A stretch of 64,000 nucleotides of DNA from Candidatus Spongiisociaceae bacterium (GCA_965219685.1 CBDCOH010000002.1:576001-640000), one strand, 5' to 3'; positions 9,308-22,248 are shown, counted from the stretch's first letter. Numbers and translations: made by a program. The notes: generated from the letters alone by a model not told the origin.

Positions 9308-10614
9308 CGCGTGTGGCCTTCCTGCTTGCGGCCGCTGCCCTGTTGGTGGCGGCCGTCCGCCTCCCGGCCCCGCTCTTACCGGATCCACCCTCGGGTGGGG
9401 CGCTCCTGGTCGACGGGTACCGGCTGGGGCAGGCACGTTTCGCCGGCTGCCCTTGGGCCTTGTCCGACGGTCGGCGCAGTTCCTCCTACCTGGCCGCGAC
9501 GGAGGAGGCGAGCGGTTTCGACATCTCCTTCCCGGAGGGCGGGGAAGCTAGGGACCCGCTGTCGGGCGACGTGGTCGAGGGGATCGGGGTGGCGAGGATC
9601 GACAACCCCCGCGAGGTAGGGATCAGTTCCGCCATGGTCGAGTTCGCAGAGAGCGACGGGGCGGTGGGTGTGGTGGCGTTCGGAGAGGGCCTTCTTGCCG
9701 GGGATCTGTGCACGGCTTCCCTTCCCGCCACATGGCATCTTCCTGGGGGTTCCACGCTGCAGGGCGAGGAACTCACCCTGCGCCTCTTCAACCCGTTCAC
9801 CACCGACGCACGAGTCGATCTGTGGGCGCTCAGCGAGTTGGGAACGGAGGCCGCCGAGTCACTGGAGGCCTTGACCATCCCGGCCGGGAGGACCCGCGTC
9901 GTCTCCCTGGAGGGGGTGCTGGCGGGCCGGGAGTCACTCGCGGTAATCGTCCGCCCCACGTTCGGTTCGGTCATCCCGGTCATGGAGTTGGATACCGGTA
10001 CGGATACCGCGGTCTGGCCGGGGACAGGGACGAGCGAGGGCTGGGAGTTTCCGGTCGGGGGTGTCGACGGGCTGGAGACATCCCTGGTTCTGACCAACGA
10101 AGCGTCCCTGGAGGTCAACTTCCTCGTCGAGTTGTTCGACGAGACGGCCACCTTCATGGCGCCCCTGAGCGGGACGATCGAGGGGCCCGGTCAGGTACGC
10201 ATCGGTCTGGCGGGATTGCCCACGCGTGCCTTCGGGATCCGGGTGACGGGGGACGGTCCCTTCGGGGCGGCGGTCGTCGGCCGATCGAGCACGGCCGTCG
10301 CCGCAACCACCGGGACTCCCACCAATGCCTCCGCGTGGTTGCTGCTCGGCCCGGGCGCGGTCCCCGCGGACAGCCGGCTCCGGCTCCTCAACGCCGGGGT
10401 CCTCGACCTCGAGGTCACCTACACGGCACTGACCGCGTCAGGGGAGGAGCTTAAGAGTTCGGCCACGGTCCCCGCAGGTTCAGTGGAGACGGTCGTCGTG
10501 GCGGATCCTGATGTACTGGGAGTACGCGTGACCGGGAGCGGCCCGTTCAGTGCGGGATGGTGGGGGGAGGCTCAGGGATCGATCATGTTCGCGGGAGGGG
10601 TTCCGGTTGGATAG
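9304..10614 (+). CDS. DUF5719-like secreted protein
   Basis: ATGA overlap with the upstream stop; signal peptide; C...W..PGGST...LFNPF pattern. Confidence 0.65.
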   Translation: MTRVAFLLAAAALLVAAVRLPAPLLPDPPSGGALLVDGYRLGQARFAGCPWALSDGRRSSSYLAATEEASGFDISFPEGGEARDPLSGDVVEGIGVARIDNPREVGISSAMVEFAESDGAVGVVAFGEGLLAGDLCTASLPATWHLPGGSTLQGEELTLRLFNPFTTDARVDLWALSELGTEAAESLEALTIPAGRTRVVSLEGVLAGRESLAVIVRPTFGSVIPVMELDTGTDTAVWPGTGTSEGWEFPVGGVDGLETSLVLTNEASLEVNFLVELFDETATFMAPLSGTIEGPGQVRIGLAGLPTRAFGIRVTGDGPFGAAVVGRSSTAVAATTGTPTNASAWLLLGPGAVPADSRLRLLNAGVLDLEVTYTALTASGEELKSSATVPAGSVETVVVADPDVLGVRVTGSGPFSAGWWGEAQGSIMFAGGVPVG

Positions 10615-10987
10615 CGACCTACTGCTCAGACTGGTCGTGGTGATCGTGGCGGCTGGTGTGGTGGTGGTGGTAGCCCGACTCCGCCCCCGGCGTCCTGGAC
10701 GGCCCTTGCGCACCGAGGGGAATCTCGAGGGGCCCGGCCTCTACCTGTTCACGGCTTCCGCCTGCGACTCGTGTGACTCGGCCCGTTCCGTCTACGTGGA
10801 GGAGTTGGGAGAAGACGGTTTCACCGAACTCACCTGGGAGGACCGGCCCGGCCTGCTGACCCGGCTCGGCGTGGGGGAGATCCCGGTGAGCACCGTACTC
10901 GATTCCTCGGGCCGGGAGGTGGGTTCTTTCGTGGGGGTCCCGTCCCGCGGAGCACTGAGAAGGGCGGCGCGGAGGATGCGGGCGTGA
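10607..10987 (+). CDS. membrane-anchored thioredoxin-like protein
   Basis: TM anchor, FTASACDSC (CxxC), later IP motif; TTG overlaps the upstream stop. Confidence 0.65.
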   Translation: MDSDLLLRLVVVIVAAGVVVVVARLRPRRPGRPLRTEGNLEGPGLYLFTASACDSCDSARSVYVEELGEDGFTELTWEDRPGLLTRLGVGEIPVSTVLDSSGREVGSFVGVPSRGALRRAARRMRA

Positions 10988-11122
10988 GTCACGGGAACTG
11001 GAGGGACCGGTGACAGCCTGGCGGCGACTCTGACGGCACTCTTGACTGTGGGACCCGCTCCATCCCTCACACTCCGACCGGATGGAACAGGATGAGCCAA
11101 CCATTTAGGATTTCGTCTGTTC

Positions 11123-13753
11123 GTGCAAGGGCCGCCTCGTCTCGCCGGCGTACCGGTCGGGCCGTTGCACCCGGTACCCGATGACTGGATCCAACTAGTG
11201 AGTTCCCGCCCCCCGACAGCCGACAGTAGCGCCCCGGTCACCGGATCCTCGCTGAAGGCTTGGACGCCGCGGGCGTCTGCGGTGGCGGTGGGCGTTGTCT
11301 CCCTGGCCACGCTCACCGCCCTGGCGCCGCATCTGCTGCTGGTCGCCAACACGCCGACCGGCGGCGACATGGGGGCCCATGTCCTGGGTCCCGCCTACCT
11401 TCGGGATGTGCTGCTACCCGGCGGCCGGATCATGGGTTGGTCGAACTACTGGTTCGCCGGCTTCCCGATCTTCTACTTCTACTTCCCGCTCCCGTCCCTG
11501 GTGATCGTGGGTCTGGACCTGCTGCTCCCCTACGGGGTGGCGTTCAAGCTCGTGTCGGTTGTGGGCCTGGTCGCTCTGGCGCCGGCTTCCTACTTCCTGG
11601 TCCGTTCGATGGGATTCGCCCGCCCGGTGGCGGCTATAGCCGCGGCGGCCGGGGGCGCCTACGCGTTCATGGAGACCCCCACGCCCAACATCTTCGGCGG
11701 TACGATCGCGTCCAGCCTGGCGGGCGAATTCTCGTACTCGTGGTCCTTCGCCTTCTCGCTCGTCTACCTCGGATACCTCTTGAAGGCGGTGTACGAGTCC
11801 AAGAGGTACTTCGTGCCCGCCGGGATCGCGCTGGCGCTGACCGCCCTCTGCCACGTGATCCCGACCATCGGGGTGGTCGTCGCATCGTTGTTCGTCGTGG
11901 TCGGCCGGTCGAATTGGTGGCGGTCGGTGCGTGGCCGGGCGGATAGGCCCGCCGGCGACGGGCAGGTGATCGAACGCAGGGCGTGGCTCTGGGGGATCGT
12001 GGCGGGGACCTGGCTGTTGGGATTCGTGCTGGCGGCCTTTTGGGCCTTGCCCCTGGTGATCCGCCTCAGGTACACGACCGACATGGACTGGCAACCGCTG
12101 GCCGGCCTGGACGAGTTGGTTCCGGTGGAGCTCTGGCCGGTCGCGGTCCTGGGTGTGGCCGGCATCCTGGCGGCGGTGCGGTTCACCAGCCGGGCCATAC
12201 CCCTGGCGGCCCTGACCTTGCTCCCGCTCCCTGCCTTCTTCCTGCTCGGGCAGGGTGCCAAGCTGTGGAACGGACGGGCCCTGCCCCACTGGTTCTTCGG
12301 ACTGCACCTGTTCGCAGGTATAGCCGTCGGGCTGCTGGCCGCCCGGGCGGTACGCGCCCTTCCCGAGCGCGTGTCGCGCTGGTGGGTCCGGGGCGGTCTG
12401 GCCGTGATTCTCCTGGCTCTTCTCCTGGGTCCTAACGTCGGCGGAGGGACGGGCGGTCCCGAGACCGCGACTGGTGTCCTCGCCTGGCCGGGATGGCAAG
12501 CGCTCGGCCTGGATGCGGTCATCTCCCGCATCTCGAGACCAGATCTCCTGCTCCTCGTGGCCGGGGGCCTGGTGATCTGGCTCGTGGGACGGTCCGCCGA
12601 CCCGCGGACCGGGTTGGTGGTCCCGTTCTGCGCGGTGGTCCTGTTCATAGGCGCCGTCTTCCTGGGTACGCTCACAGCCGAGAACTACGTGAGCGCCTGG
12701 GCTCGCTGGAACTACCAGGGTTACGAGGGCAAGCAGGATTGGTCCGAGTACCGGTCGGTCATGTCCTCCATGGCGGACCTACCTCCCGGACGTGTGCAGT
12801 GGGAGGCCAACAGCGAGCTCAACAAGTACGGCACGCCCATGTCTCCCATGCTGTTCCCATACTGGACCGAGGGAAGCCATCCGTCGATGGAGGGCCTCTA
12901 CTTCGAGTCCTCGGTAACCACCCCCTTCCATTTCCTGAACGCGGCCGAACTGAGCAAGTCGCCGTCCAATCCCATTCCAGGCCTCCGCTATCACAACGGG
13001 GACTTCGATCGTGGCGCCAGGCACATGGACCTGTTCAACGTGAGCTACTACGTCTCCTACACCGACACCGCCACGGAGAAGGCCGACGAGCACCCTTCCT
13101 TCCGGCGGCTGGCCGAGTCGCCTCCCTTCACCATCTACGGCTTGGCGCAGAGTTCGCTCGTCGATGTGGCCTCCAACCGACCCTGGGTTTTCGAGGAGCC
13201 GGAGGCGCGCCTGCTCGCGCCCCTGGTCGGGATATTCAAGGAGGACACCGAACCGGATTTCGTCGATGTAGCCCTCGACTGGTACGAGGACATCGAGATG
13301 CTCGACCAGTGGGTCGTGGCGGGCGGACCCGCGCACTGGGAGCGGGTAACCACCGAGATGGAGGGAACCACGGTGCCCCTCGAAGGCAGCGGCGAGGTGT
13401 ACGACGTCGTGCTCGAGGACCACAGGATCTCCTTCAGGACCACCGCCGTAGGTGTTCCACACCTGGTCAAGGTCTCCTACTTCCCCAACTGGACGGCCAC
13501 CGGAGCCTCCGGACCATGGAGGGCGGCGCCGGCCTTCATGGTGGTGGTCCCCGATCGTGAGCAGGTAGAACTCCGGTTCGAGAAGACGTGGGTGGAGCAG
13601 GTAGGTACCTGGGCGAGCCTTATCGGGCTGGTGCTCCTACTCGCATGGTGGGTAGCGAGAACGCTGGGGCGCAAGTGGGGGAACAGCCTGGAGGCGCGGC
13701 CGCTCGGCGGCCTACGCGATCCGCACCTGCGCGGCACTGGAAGGCACGGTTAG
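11123..13753 (+). CDS. polytopic membrane protein, GT-C-like (PTPS-related/YfhO-like) glycosyltransferase
   Basis: TGGDMGAH loop, GW...WFAGFP.FYFYFPL, more than 10 TM helices, C-terminal SYFPNW domain; start uncertain. Confidence 0.7.
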   Translation: MQGPPRLAGVPVGPLHPVPDDWIQLVSSRPPTADSSAPVTGSSLKAWTPRASAVAVGVVSLATLTALAPHLLLVANTPTGGDMGAHVLGPAYLRDVLLPGGRIMGWSNYWFAGFPIFYFYFPLPSLVIVGLDLLLPYGVAFKLVSVVGLVALAPASYFLVRSMGFARPVAAIAAAAGGAYAFMETPTPNIFGGTIASSLAGEFSYSWSFAFSLVYLGYLLKAVYESKRYFVPAGIALALTALCHVIPTIGVVVASLFVVVGRSNWWRSVRGRADRPAGDGQVIERRAWLWGIVAGTWLLGFVLAAFWALPLVIRLRYTTDMDWQPLAGLDELVPVELWPVAVLGVAGILAAVRFTSRAIPLAALTLLPLPAFFLLGQGAKLWNGRALPHWFFGLHLFAGIAVGLLAARAVRALPERVSRWWVRGGLAVILLALLLGPNVGGGTGGPETATGVLAWPGWQALGLDAVISRISRPDLLLLVAGGLVIWLVGRSADPRTGLVVPFCAVVLFIGAVFLGTLTAENYVSAWARWNYQGYEGKQDWSEYRSVMSSMADLPPGRVQWEANSELNKYGTPMSPMLFPYWTEGSHPSMEGLYFESSVTTPFHFLNAAELSKSPSNPIPGLRYHNGDFDRGARHMDLFNVSYYVSYTDTATEKADEHPSFRRLAESPPFTIYGLAQSSLVDVASNRPWVFEEPEARLLAPLVGIFKEDTEPDFVDVALDWYEDIEMLDQWVVAGGPAHWERVTTEMEGTTVPLEGSGEVYDVVLEDHRISFRTTAVGVPHLVKVSYFPNWTATGASGPWRAAPAFMVVVPDREQVELRFEKTWVEQVGTWASLIGLVLLLAWWVARTLGRKWGNSLEARPLGGLRDPHLRGTGRHG

Positions 13754-13774
13754 GTGTCAGGTTAAGTAATCAAA

Positions 13775-13921
13775 ATCACCATTCACCATTCACCATTCAC
13801 CATTCACCATTCACCACTCACTATTCACCATTCACCATTCACCATTCACCATTCACCATTCACCACTCACTATTCACCACTCACTATTCACCACTCACCA
13901 CTCACCACTCACCACTCACCA
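13775..13921 (-). repeat. heptamer tandem array (YTCACYA)n on +, 21 units
   Basis: 147 bp with 7-bp period between convergent genes; contains the GT2 stop. Confidence 0.95.
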
Positions 13922-14619
13922 AGGCTCCGGCGGAGCGCCACCAGTCCGCGCAGCGTGCGGGGGACGCGGCGGAGGAGCGAGGAACGGGTCTCGCGCAGCT
14001 CCTCCACGACCACCGGTACCTCGGCGATCCGGAAGCCGGCGCGTTCCGCACGCAGTATCAGCTCCGTGTCGAAGAGATCCTTGGTCGACCGTATGTCGGG
14101 TAGCAGTTGGCGGGCCGTGGAGGCTCTAACCGCCTTCATGCCGTGCGTGTCGCTGATCCTGGATCCGACCACCGTACGGAGCAGGAAGTTGAACACCCTC
14201 GTGGCCAGACGGCGGATCCAAGGTCGGCGGTCCTCCGAACCGGCCGCTCGCTTCGAGCCGATGATCACATCGTGCTGATCCGCCAACTCGGTCACCTGGC
14301 CGACGAATCGGCCGGAGTAGTAGTCGATGTCGAAGACCACCAACCAGCCCTCCGGGTCCGCAGCCTCCATCCCCGTGCGGATCGCCAGGCCGTAGTCGGC
14401 GACCGGGAGGCTCAGGACCTTGACCCGCGGATCCGATTCGGACTCGGCCATCGCCTCTGCAAGCGTGGTATCGGTGGAGCCGTTCTCGACCAGAGTGATG
14501 CGATAGTCAGTCGAGAGTGCTCCGACCTGCTCCCTCAGCCCGGCGAGGGCGGGCCGCATGAAACCCGACTCGTTGTGGACCGGGATGATGATCGTCACTG
14601 GCGGTTCGGTCATGGCCAT
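13909..14619 (-). CDS. GT2 glycosyltransferase, polyprenol-phosphate sugar synthase-like
   Basis: IIIPVHNE, ENGSTD, DID, SDTHGMKA, FDTELILRA motifs. Confidence 0.85.
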   Translation of the reverse strand: MAMTEPPVTIIIPVHNESGFMRPALAGLREQVGALSTDYRITLVENGSTDTTLAEAMAESESDPRVKVLSLPVADYGLAIRTGMEAADPEGWLVVFDIDYYSGRFVGQVTELADQHDVIIGSKRAAGSEDRRPWIRRLATRVFNFLLRTVVGSRISDTHGMKAVRASTARQLLPDIRSTKDLFDTELILRAERAGFRIAEVPVVVEELRETRSSLLRRVPRTLRGLVALRRSLGEW

Positions 14620-14793
14620 GCGGTCGGGAGTGTAGATTCGGACAACCGGAGGAGATTCCGGGCCAGAAGTCGCCGCTATCGGTAGGAGGGGAAGCCGAGC
14701 CATGACCCGAGCCGGGTTCGCAAGCCCATCGATCGATCATCGCGGCGGCAGCCGGATTGCGGGATTCGGGGCTGGGTCAGGCAGGGTACAGCG

Positions 14794-16161
14794 GTGATCG
14801 GGCCGGACCGCAGCGACAGGTTCGACGCCATCTTCAAGGCCTACGACGTGAGAGGCCGTGTCGACACCGGCGAACTCGACGAGGAAACGGCCGAGCGCAT
14901 CGGGGCCGGATTCGCCTGCTTCGTGGAAGCGCCGGTCGTGGCGGTCGGTAGGGACTGCCGGGCCTCGTCGCCGTGGCTGGCCGCGGCCTTGATCGAGGGT
15001 ATCCGTCGCCAAGGTGTGGACGTGGTCGACCTCGGGTTGATTCCGACCGAGGTGCTCTACTTCCACTCCGGAAGTCGTTCTCTACCGGGCGTAGTGGTCA
15101 CGGCTTCTCACAACCCGGCCGGATACAACGGGTTCAAGATGTGTCACCGCGGCGCCGCCCCCCTGGGTACGGGCTCGGGACTCGGGCGGATCAAGCACCT
15201 CGCCCGTACGGGGGGGACCGCTCTCCCGGTCCGGGGTCGCGGTCGGGTCACCCACCACGACGCGATGCCGCAGTACCTGGATCATCTGCTATCCGTCGTT
15301 GAGCCGGCCGGGATCGGGCCGTTGCGGGTTGTGGCGGACGGGGGGAACGGGATGGCGGGCGTCGTTCTGGGCGGATTGTTCGACCGCTTGGAGGCCGACC
15401 TGACGGGCCTCTACCTGGAACCGGACGGGACCTTTCCCAACCATCCCGCGGATCCGCTCGACCGGACCAACCTGGATGACCTGATCCGCAAGGTCCGCTC
15501 CGAGGGCGCGGACGCCGGAGTGGCCTTCGATGGCGACGCTGACCGCGCAGTGTTCGCCGACGAGGATGGTGAGCCCCTCTCCGGGAGCGTCACCACCTCG
15601 ATCATCTCGCGCTGGTACCTACGGCGCCGACCCGGATCCCGGATCGTTCACAACCTGATATGTTCGAAGTGGGTGAGCGAGGCCATCCGGGCTGAGGGCG
15701 GCGTCCCGGTACGGACCAGGGTCGGGCACTCCTTCATCAAGAGGGTGATGGCCGATACCGGGGCGGTTTTCGGCGGTGAGCACTCGGGCCACTACTACTT
15801 CCGTGACAACTACCGCGCCGACAGCGGCATGCTCGCGATGCTGGTCCTCCTCACCGCGTTGACCGAGGCCGGCGTGCCCCTTTCGGTCCTCCGGGTAGCG
15901 AACGATCCCTACGCCATGTCCGGTGAGATCAACACGGTTGTCCCCGATGCGGCAGCCTCCATCGAGGCGGTTGCGGCCGAGTTCTCCGGTCACGAACAGG
16001 ATCGTCTGGACGGCCTCACCGTTGATCTCGGTGATCGTTGGTTCAATCTCCGCCCTTCCAATACCGAGCCCCTGCTCCGTCTCAATGTGGAGGCGCCGGA
16101 CCGGGCCGGGGTGGACGAGTTGGCGGCCGAGGTCATCGCTGTCATCTCCAGCATGGGCTGA
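14794..16161 (+). CDS. manB: phosphomannomutase/phosphoglucomutase
   Basis: FKAYDVRG, TASHNP, FDGDADR, GEHSGH, RPSNTEP motifs. Confidence 0.92.
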   Translation: MIGPDRSDRFDAIFKAYDVRGRVDTGELDEETAERIGAGFACFVEAPVVAVGRDCRASSPWLAAALIEGIRRQGVDVVDLGLIPTEVLYFHSGSRSLPGVVVTASHNPAGYNGFKMCHRGAAPLGTGSGLGRIKHLARTGGTALPVRGRGRVTHHDAMPQYLDHLLSVVEPAGIGPLRVVADGGNGMAGVVLGGLFDRLEADLTGLYLEPDGTFPNHPADPLDRTNLDDLIRKVRSEGADAGVAFDGDADRAVFADEDGEPLSGSVTTSIISRWYLRRRPGSRIVHNLICSKWVSEAIRAEGGVPVRTRVGHSFIKRVMADTGAVFGGEHSGHYYFRDNYRADSGMLAMLVLLTALTEAGVPLSVLRVANDPYAMSGEINTVVPDAAASIEAVAAEFSGHEQDRLDGLTVDLGDRWFNLRPSNTEPLLRLNVEAPDRAGVDELAAEVIAVISSMG

Positions 16162-16254
16162 GCGAACACAGCGCCGGCCCGCGTACATCCGTCTCTCGTG
16201 GTGGTTACCAGCCGCCAACCACCGAATGTCACATCCACCGGATAGCTTCTGTTT

Positions 16255-16911
16255 ATGGTGTGTGTGGTATGCGGACGGATCAGGGCCGGTGGATCCGCGC
16301 CGCGGCAGGGCGGGATCTGCCGGACGTGCGCCGGTTCACTGCAGCGCGCCGCCGAGGTGCGGCTCCGGTCGGGCGTGCTGGTACGCCCGCTGTTCGTCCA
16401 CGAAGGCCCGATCCGGTCGGCGGTCCATGCACTCAAGTATCGGGGAGTGGACCGGGTGGCGGAGGTCCTGGCTCCCTGCCTGGCCGCTCTGCTTCCCGGC
16501 GACGCTTCGGCCCTGGTTCCGGTTCCCAGGGCGCTGGCGCGCACGGTCCGGTACGGCATCGACCCGGGTCGTGTTCTGGCCCGCGAGATGGCCCGGGTCG
16601 CCGACCTTCCGGTGGTGGACATCCTGAGGGCTCCCGTCCTTCGCAGGAGCCAACTACGGGAGCGCAGGGCCGAGGGGCTGAGATTCGTGTCGGTCGGTGG
16701 AGCGCCAGGGCGAGCGGTGCTGGTCGATGATGTCCTTACCACCGGCGCCACCATGACCGCCGCGGCGCTGGCGTGTAAAGGCTCGGTCCTGCGCGCGGTG
16801 ACTCTCACGCGTTCACCGGTGCCATCTGCAGAGCCTCGGTTGCCGAACTGGGAGACGACGGAGGCCTCCGGCTCCGTGGATGATCCCGGTTTAGGGACCG
16901 GAGCTCACTAA
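16255..16911 (+). CDS. comF: ComF family phosphoribosyltransferase-like protein
   Basis: CxxC..CxxC, ALKY, LVPVP, LVDDVLTTGAT; directly upstream of hpf. Confidence 0.85.
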   Translation: MVCVVCGRIRAGGSAPRQGGICRTCAGSLQRAAEVRLRSGVLVRPLFVHEGPIRSAVHALKYRGVDRVAEVLAPCLAALLPGDASALVPVPRALARTVRYGIDPGRVLAREMARVADLPVVDILRAPVLRRSQLRERRAEGLRFVSVGGAPGRAVLVDDVLTTGATMTAAALACKGSVLRAVTLTRSPVPSAEPRLPNWETTEASGSVDDPGLGTGAH

Positions 16912-16920
16912 AGTCACGGT

Positions 16921-17478
16921 ATGGAGGTTCGGATACGCGGGCGCGGTGTCCAGGTAGACGAAGGGATCCGGGCCTACGCCTTGACGAAGGTCGACCGCTC
17001 GACTCGCTTCTTCGACCGGCTCGGCGACGTGGACATCAGCCTGCTCGAGGTCACGCCGCCGGAGCGGGGCCAGCGCTTCAGAGCCGAGATCGCCACCCGC
17101 TCGGCGCGCCACGACCTACGTGCCGAAGGCGAGGGGGATACGGTCGAGCGCGCCCTCGACGCCGCCGCCGACCGGTTCGTCCACCGGTTGAGACGCCTCA
17201 GCGAAAGGCTCACCGACCGGCGCCGGCAGCGAACGAGGAGCCTGGAGACGGTCGATCATCTGGACTCAGGGTCGGCCAACCAGCCTGCAGGCGATGGGAT
17301 TCCGGAGATCGTGCGGGTACGCGCCAACACAGACAAGCCCATGACGCCGGAGGACGCGGCGCTGGTGATGGAACAGCGGGGTTACTCCTTTCTCGTCTTC
17401 ACCAACGCGGAGACCGGTAGGGTCGGAGTCCTTTACCGGCGCAACGACGGGCGGATGGGTCTGATCGAGCCGGAGTGA
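16921..17478 (+). CDS. hpf: ribosome hibernation promoting factor, long form
   Basis: S30AE N-terminal domain plus KPMTPEDA...F.VF.N...VLYRR.DG..GLIEP C-terminal domain. Confidence 0.9.
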   Translation: MEVRIRGRGVQVDEGIRAYALTKVDRSTRFFDRLGDVDISLLEVTPPERGQRFRAEIATRSARHDLRAEGEGDTVERALDAAADRFVHRLRRLSERLTDRRRQRTRSLETVDHLDSGSANQPAGDGIPEIVRVRANTDKPMTPEDAALVMEQRGYSFLVFTNAETGRVGVLYRRNDGRMGLIEPE

Positions 17479-17595
17479 GGCGGGTCGGCGCCCGGCAGTC
17501 GTTGCGGCCATATTTGTCCCGGCGGTCCGATACCATGGAGGCGATCCGTCACATGGCGGAAGCGCGGTTGTCCCCCGAACAAGACCGGTGATTCC

Positions 17596-20234
<2,639 letters not shown>

Positions 20235-20238
<4 letters not shown>

Positions 20239-20465
20239 CCCTCCTCCTTCTTGAACGACTTGGCGTAGTTCTTGTGACCCTTCGCCAGGTGTTTATGGAC
20301 GGACTTGGTCATGGGGAACTTACCGCTCAGGAACCCGCCGGTCGGAGCCGGCCCGCCGATATCCCGGATATCGTGCGCAGCCTTGGCGAGCGAGTGGTCC
20401 ACGGTCGGAGTGGAGCCGTGCAAATGAGGGTTTCGCAGCAGACGGAAGAACTGGCGTAGGCTCAT
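20235..20465 (-). CDS. small basic hypothetical protein (76 aa)
   Basis: GGAGGAGG RBS; ATGA overlap with the upstream ORF stop. Confidence 0.55.
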
Positions 20466-20794
20466 CGGGGATCCTCCTCCTGGTAGTCCGGTTGGCGGTT
20501 CCAGTCCTCGATACACCGTTCTTTGACTGGCACCGGGTGGATGGACCTAGTGAGATCGCTTGGCGACACGAATACGCTGGCCGGGATCTTGGGGTCGAAT
20601 GAGCGCAGGTAGGCGGGCCCATCCTCCTCCAGGCGTCGCCAAGCGCCGGACCACTGGAACCCCGTGGGACCGATGATATGCCGAGCCGCCGTGTGTATCT
20701 CTCTGGGCAAGCGGCGGGCGCCCTCCCGCCGCGCCATCCACTCGGCGCAGAACTCCCGGCACCAGTTCCCGAGTCCCCGTACCATCCTGCTCAT
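20462..20794 (-). CDS. hypothetical protein (110 aa)
   Basis: ATG 6 nt after a TAGATT -10-like box; coupled to the downstream ORF. Confidence 0.5.
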   Translation of the reverse strand: MSRMVRGLGNWCREFCAEWMARREGARRLPREIHTAARHIIGPTGFQWSGAWRRLEEDGPAYLRSFDPKIPASVFVSPSDLTRSIHPVPVKERCIEDWNRQPDYQEEDPR

Positions 20795-20831
20795 GCAAAC
20801 AATCTAGACCGATTTTTCCTAGTCGGTAGTC

Positions 20832-20890
20832 TGGTGCTTGGTGCTTGGTGCTTGGTGCTTGGTGCTTGGTGCTTGGTGCTTGGTGCTTGG
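20832..20890 (+). repeat. heptamer array (TGGTGCT)8, interrupted by the IS; 2 more units at 22156-22169
   Basis: Read directly. Confidence 0.92.
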
Positions 20891-20927
20891 TGGAGTTGCC
20901 CCGCTTTTTCGGACACTTCGCGATTTG

Positions 20928-21780
20928 TTATCCACAGGGTAGTTGGGGATTCCTTTCGTAGTCGGTGGGTGAGTGGTATCCGATGGTCGAGTGCCGCCGG
21001 TGGGGGTTGTAGAAGCCTTCGATGTAGTCGAAGACGGCGGATCGGGCCTGGTTCCGGTTGGCGAAGCCGCTCCGGGCCAGGAGTTCGGTCTCGAGGGAGG
21101 CGAAGAACGACTCGGCGACGGCGTTGTCGTAGGCGTCGCCTCGGCGTCCCATCGATACTGCGATACCGGCTGCCTCGCATCGGGCCTTGAACGCCTTCGA
21201 GTTGTATTGGCTTCCGCGGTCCGAGTGGTGGATGACCCGCTCGGGTTTGCGCTGGCCGATGGCCATGTCCAGGGCGTCGGTCACCAGCGGTGTGGCCATG
21301 TCGTCTCGCATGGACCAGCCGACTACCCGCCGGGACCAGACATCGATCACAACCGCCAGGTAGAGGAACCCTGCCTTGGTCGGGACATAGGTGATGTCCG
21401 CACACCAGATCTCGTCCGGTCCCGTGGCTGCGAACTCCCGGCACACCAGGTCCGGTGCCGCTGCCTGGGCGGGATTCTGCCTGGTAGCGGTCATCTTTCG
21501 GCGGCGGTGAACCCCCTGGATGCGGGCCTGGCGCATGAGCCGGGCCACCCGTTTGCGGCCCACAGCCACACCCTCGGCGGCCAGCTCGGCATGCACACGG
21601 GGCGCACCGTAGGTGCCCCGAGACCGGCCGTGAACCTCCACGATCCGGTCCCGCAACTCCCGATCCGCTCGTTCCCTAGCGGACGGGCGGCGTTCGAGCC
21701 ATGCGTAGTAGCCGCTGGCCGAGCACACCCAGGAGGCTGCACATGCGCCGCACGGGATGAGAGGCCTGGTTAGCTTTCAC
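20928..21780 (-). pseudogene. IS3 OrfB DDE transposase with an extra +1 base near 21723
   Basis: WCADITY, HHSDRGSQY, DNAVAESFF present; MCSLLGV and SASGYY lie in different frames (GGT GTG C TCG GCC). Confidence 0.75.
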
Positions 21781-22088
21781 GAACCCAAACGCCGCCTGGG
21801 GGTCGATCCGGTCTCCTCTGCGAACCAGGCCGCTGCTTTTGCAAGGATCTCTTTCTCCTCGCGCAGGATGCGGTTCTCCCGACGCAGCCGCCGCAACTCG
21901 TCGCGCTCGGCAGTCGTTAGCCCCTCCCGGTGGCCCTCGTCCACATCGGCTTGGTTCACCCAATTACGGATCGTCTGGTCAGATGGTTCGAACTCCCGGC
22001 TCAACTCACCAGGCGTGCGACCCGCCCTGACCAGGCGAACCATCTCCGCCCGGAACTCCACCGGGTACGGCGCTCTCGTCTTCGGCAT
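21777..22088 (-). CDS. IS3 OrfA (HTH/leucine zipper)
   Basis: YPVEFRAEMV, TIRNWV, ELRRLRRENRILREEKEIL; AAAAG slippery candidate at 21836-21840. Confidence 0.9.
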   Translation of the reverse strand: MPKTRAPYPVEFRAEMVRLVRAGRTPGELSREFEPSDQTIRNWVNQADVDEGHREGLTTAERDELRRLRRENRILREEKEILAKAAAWFAEETGSTPRRRLGS

Positions 22089-22180
22089 GCTCTGAACACT
22101 CCTCTCAGGGAACAATCCCAAGTCTTAGAGTGTCCACCAAAGCGGGTCAACCTCATGGTGCTTGGTGCTTTCGTGAGAAC

Positions 22181-22222
22181 TCCACTACTCACCATTCACC
22201 ATTCACCATTCACCATTCACCA
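22181..22222 (-). repeat. heptamer array (TTCACCA)n on +, about 6 units
   Basis: Read directly; just upstream of prfB. Confidence 0.88.
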
Positions 22223-22248
22223 TCCAACCGGCTAACCTTCCCGCCGTT

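Larger units (their letters stand above)
20891..22155 (-). mobile_element. IS3 family insertion sequence, 1265 bp, 3-bp TGG target duplication
   Basis: Terminal IRs TGAGGTTGACCCGCTTTGGTGGACAC / TGGAGTTGCCCCGCTTTTTCGGACAC; TGG on both flanks; orfA HTH plus orfB DDE. Confidence 0.95.

Noticed and set aside
13775-13921. CRISPR array or HHSPFTI-repeat protein (ORF 13588-14103)
   Set aside because: Pure 7-bp tandem units with no spacers and no cas genes; the peptide is just the stop-free strand of the array.
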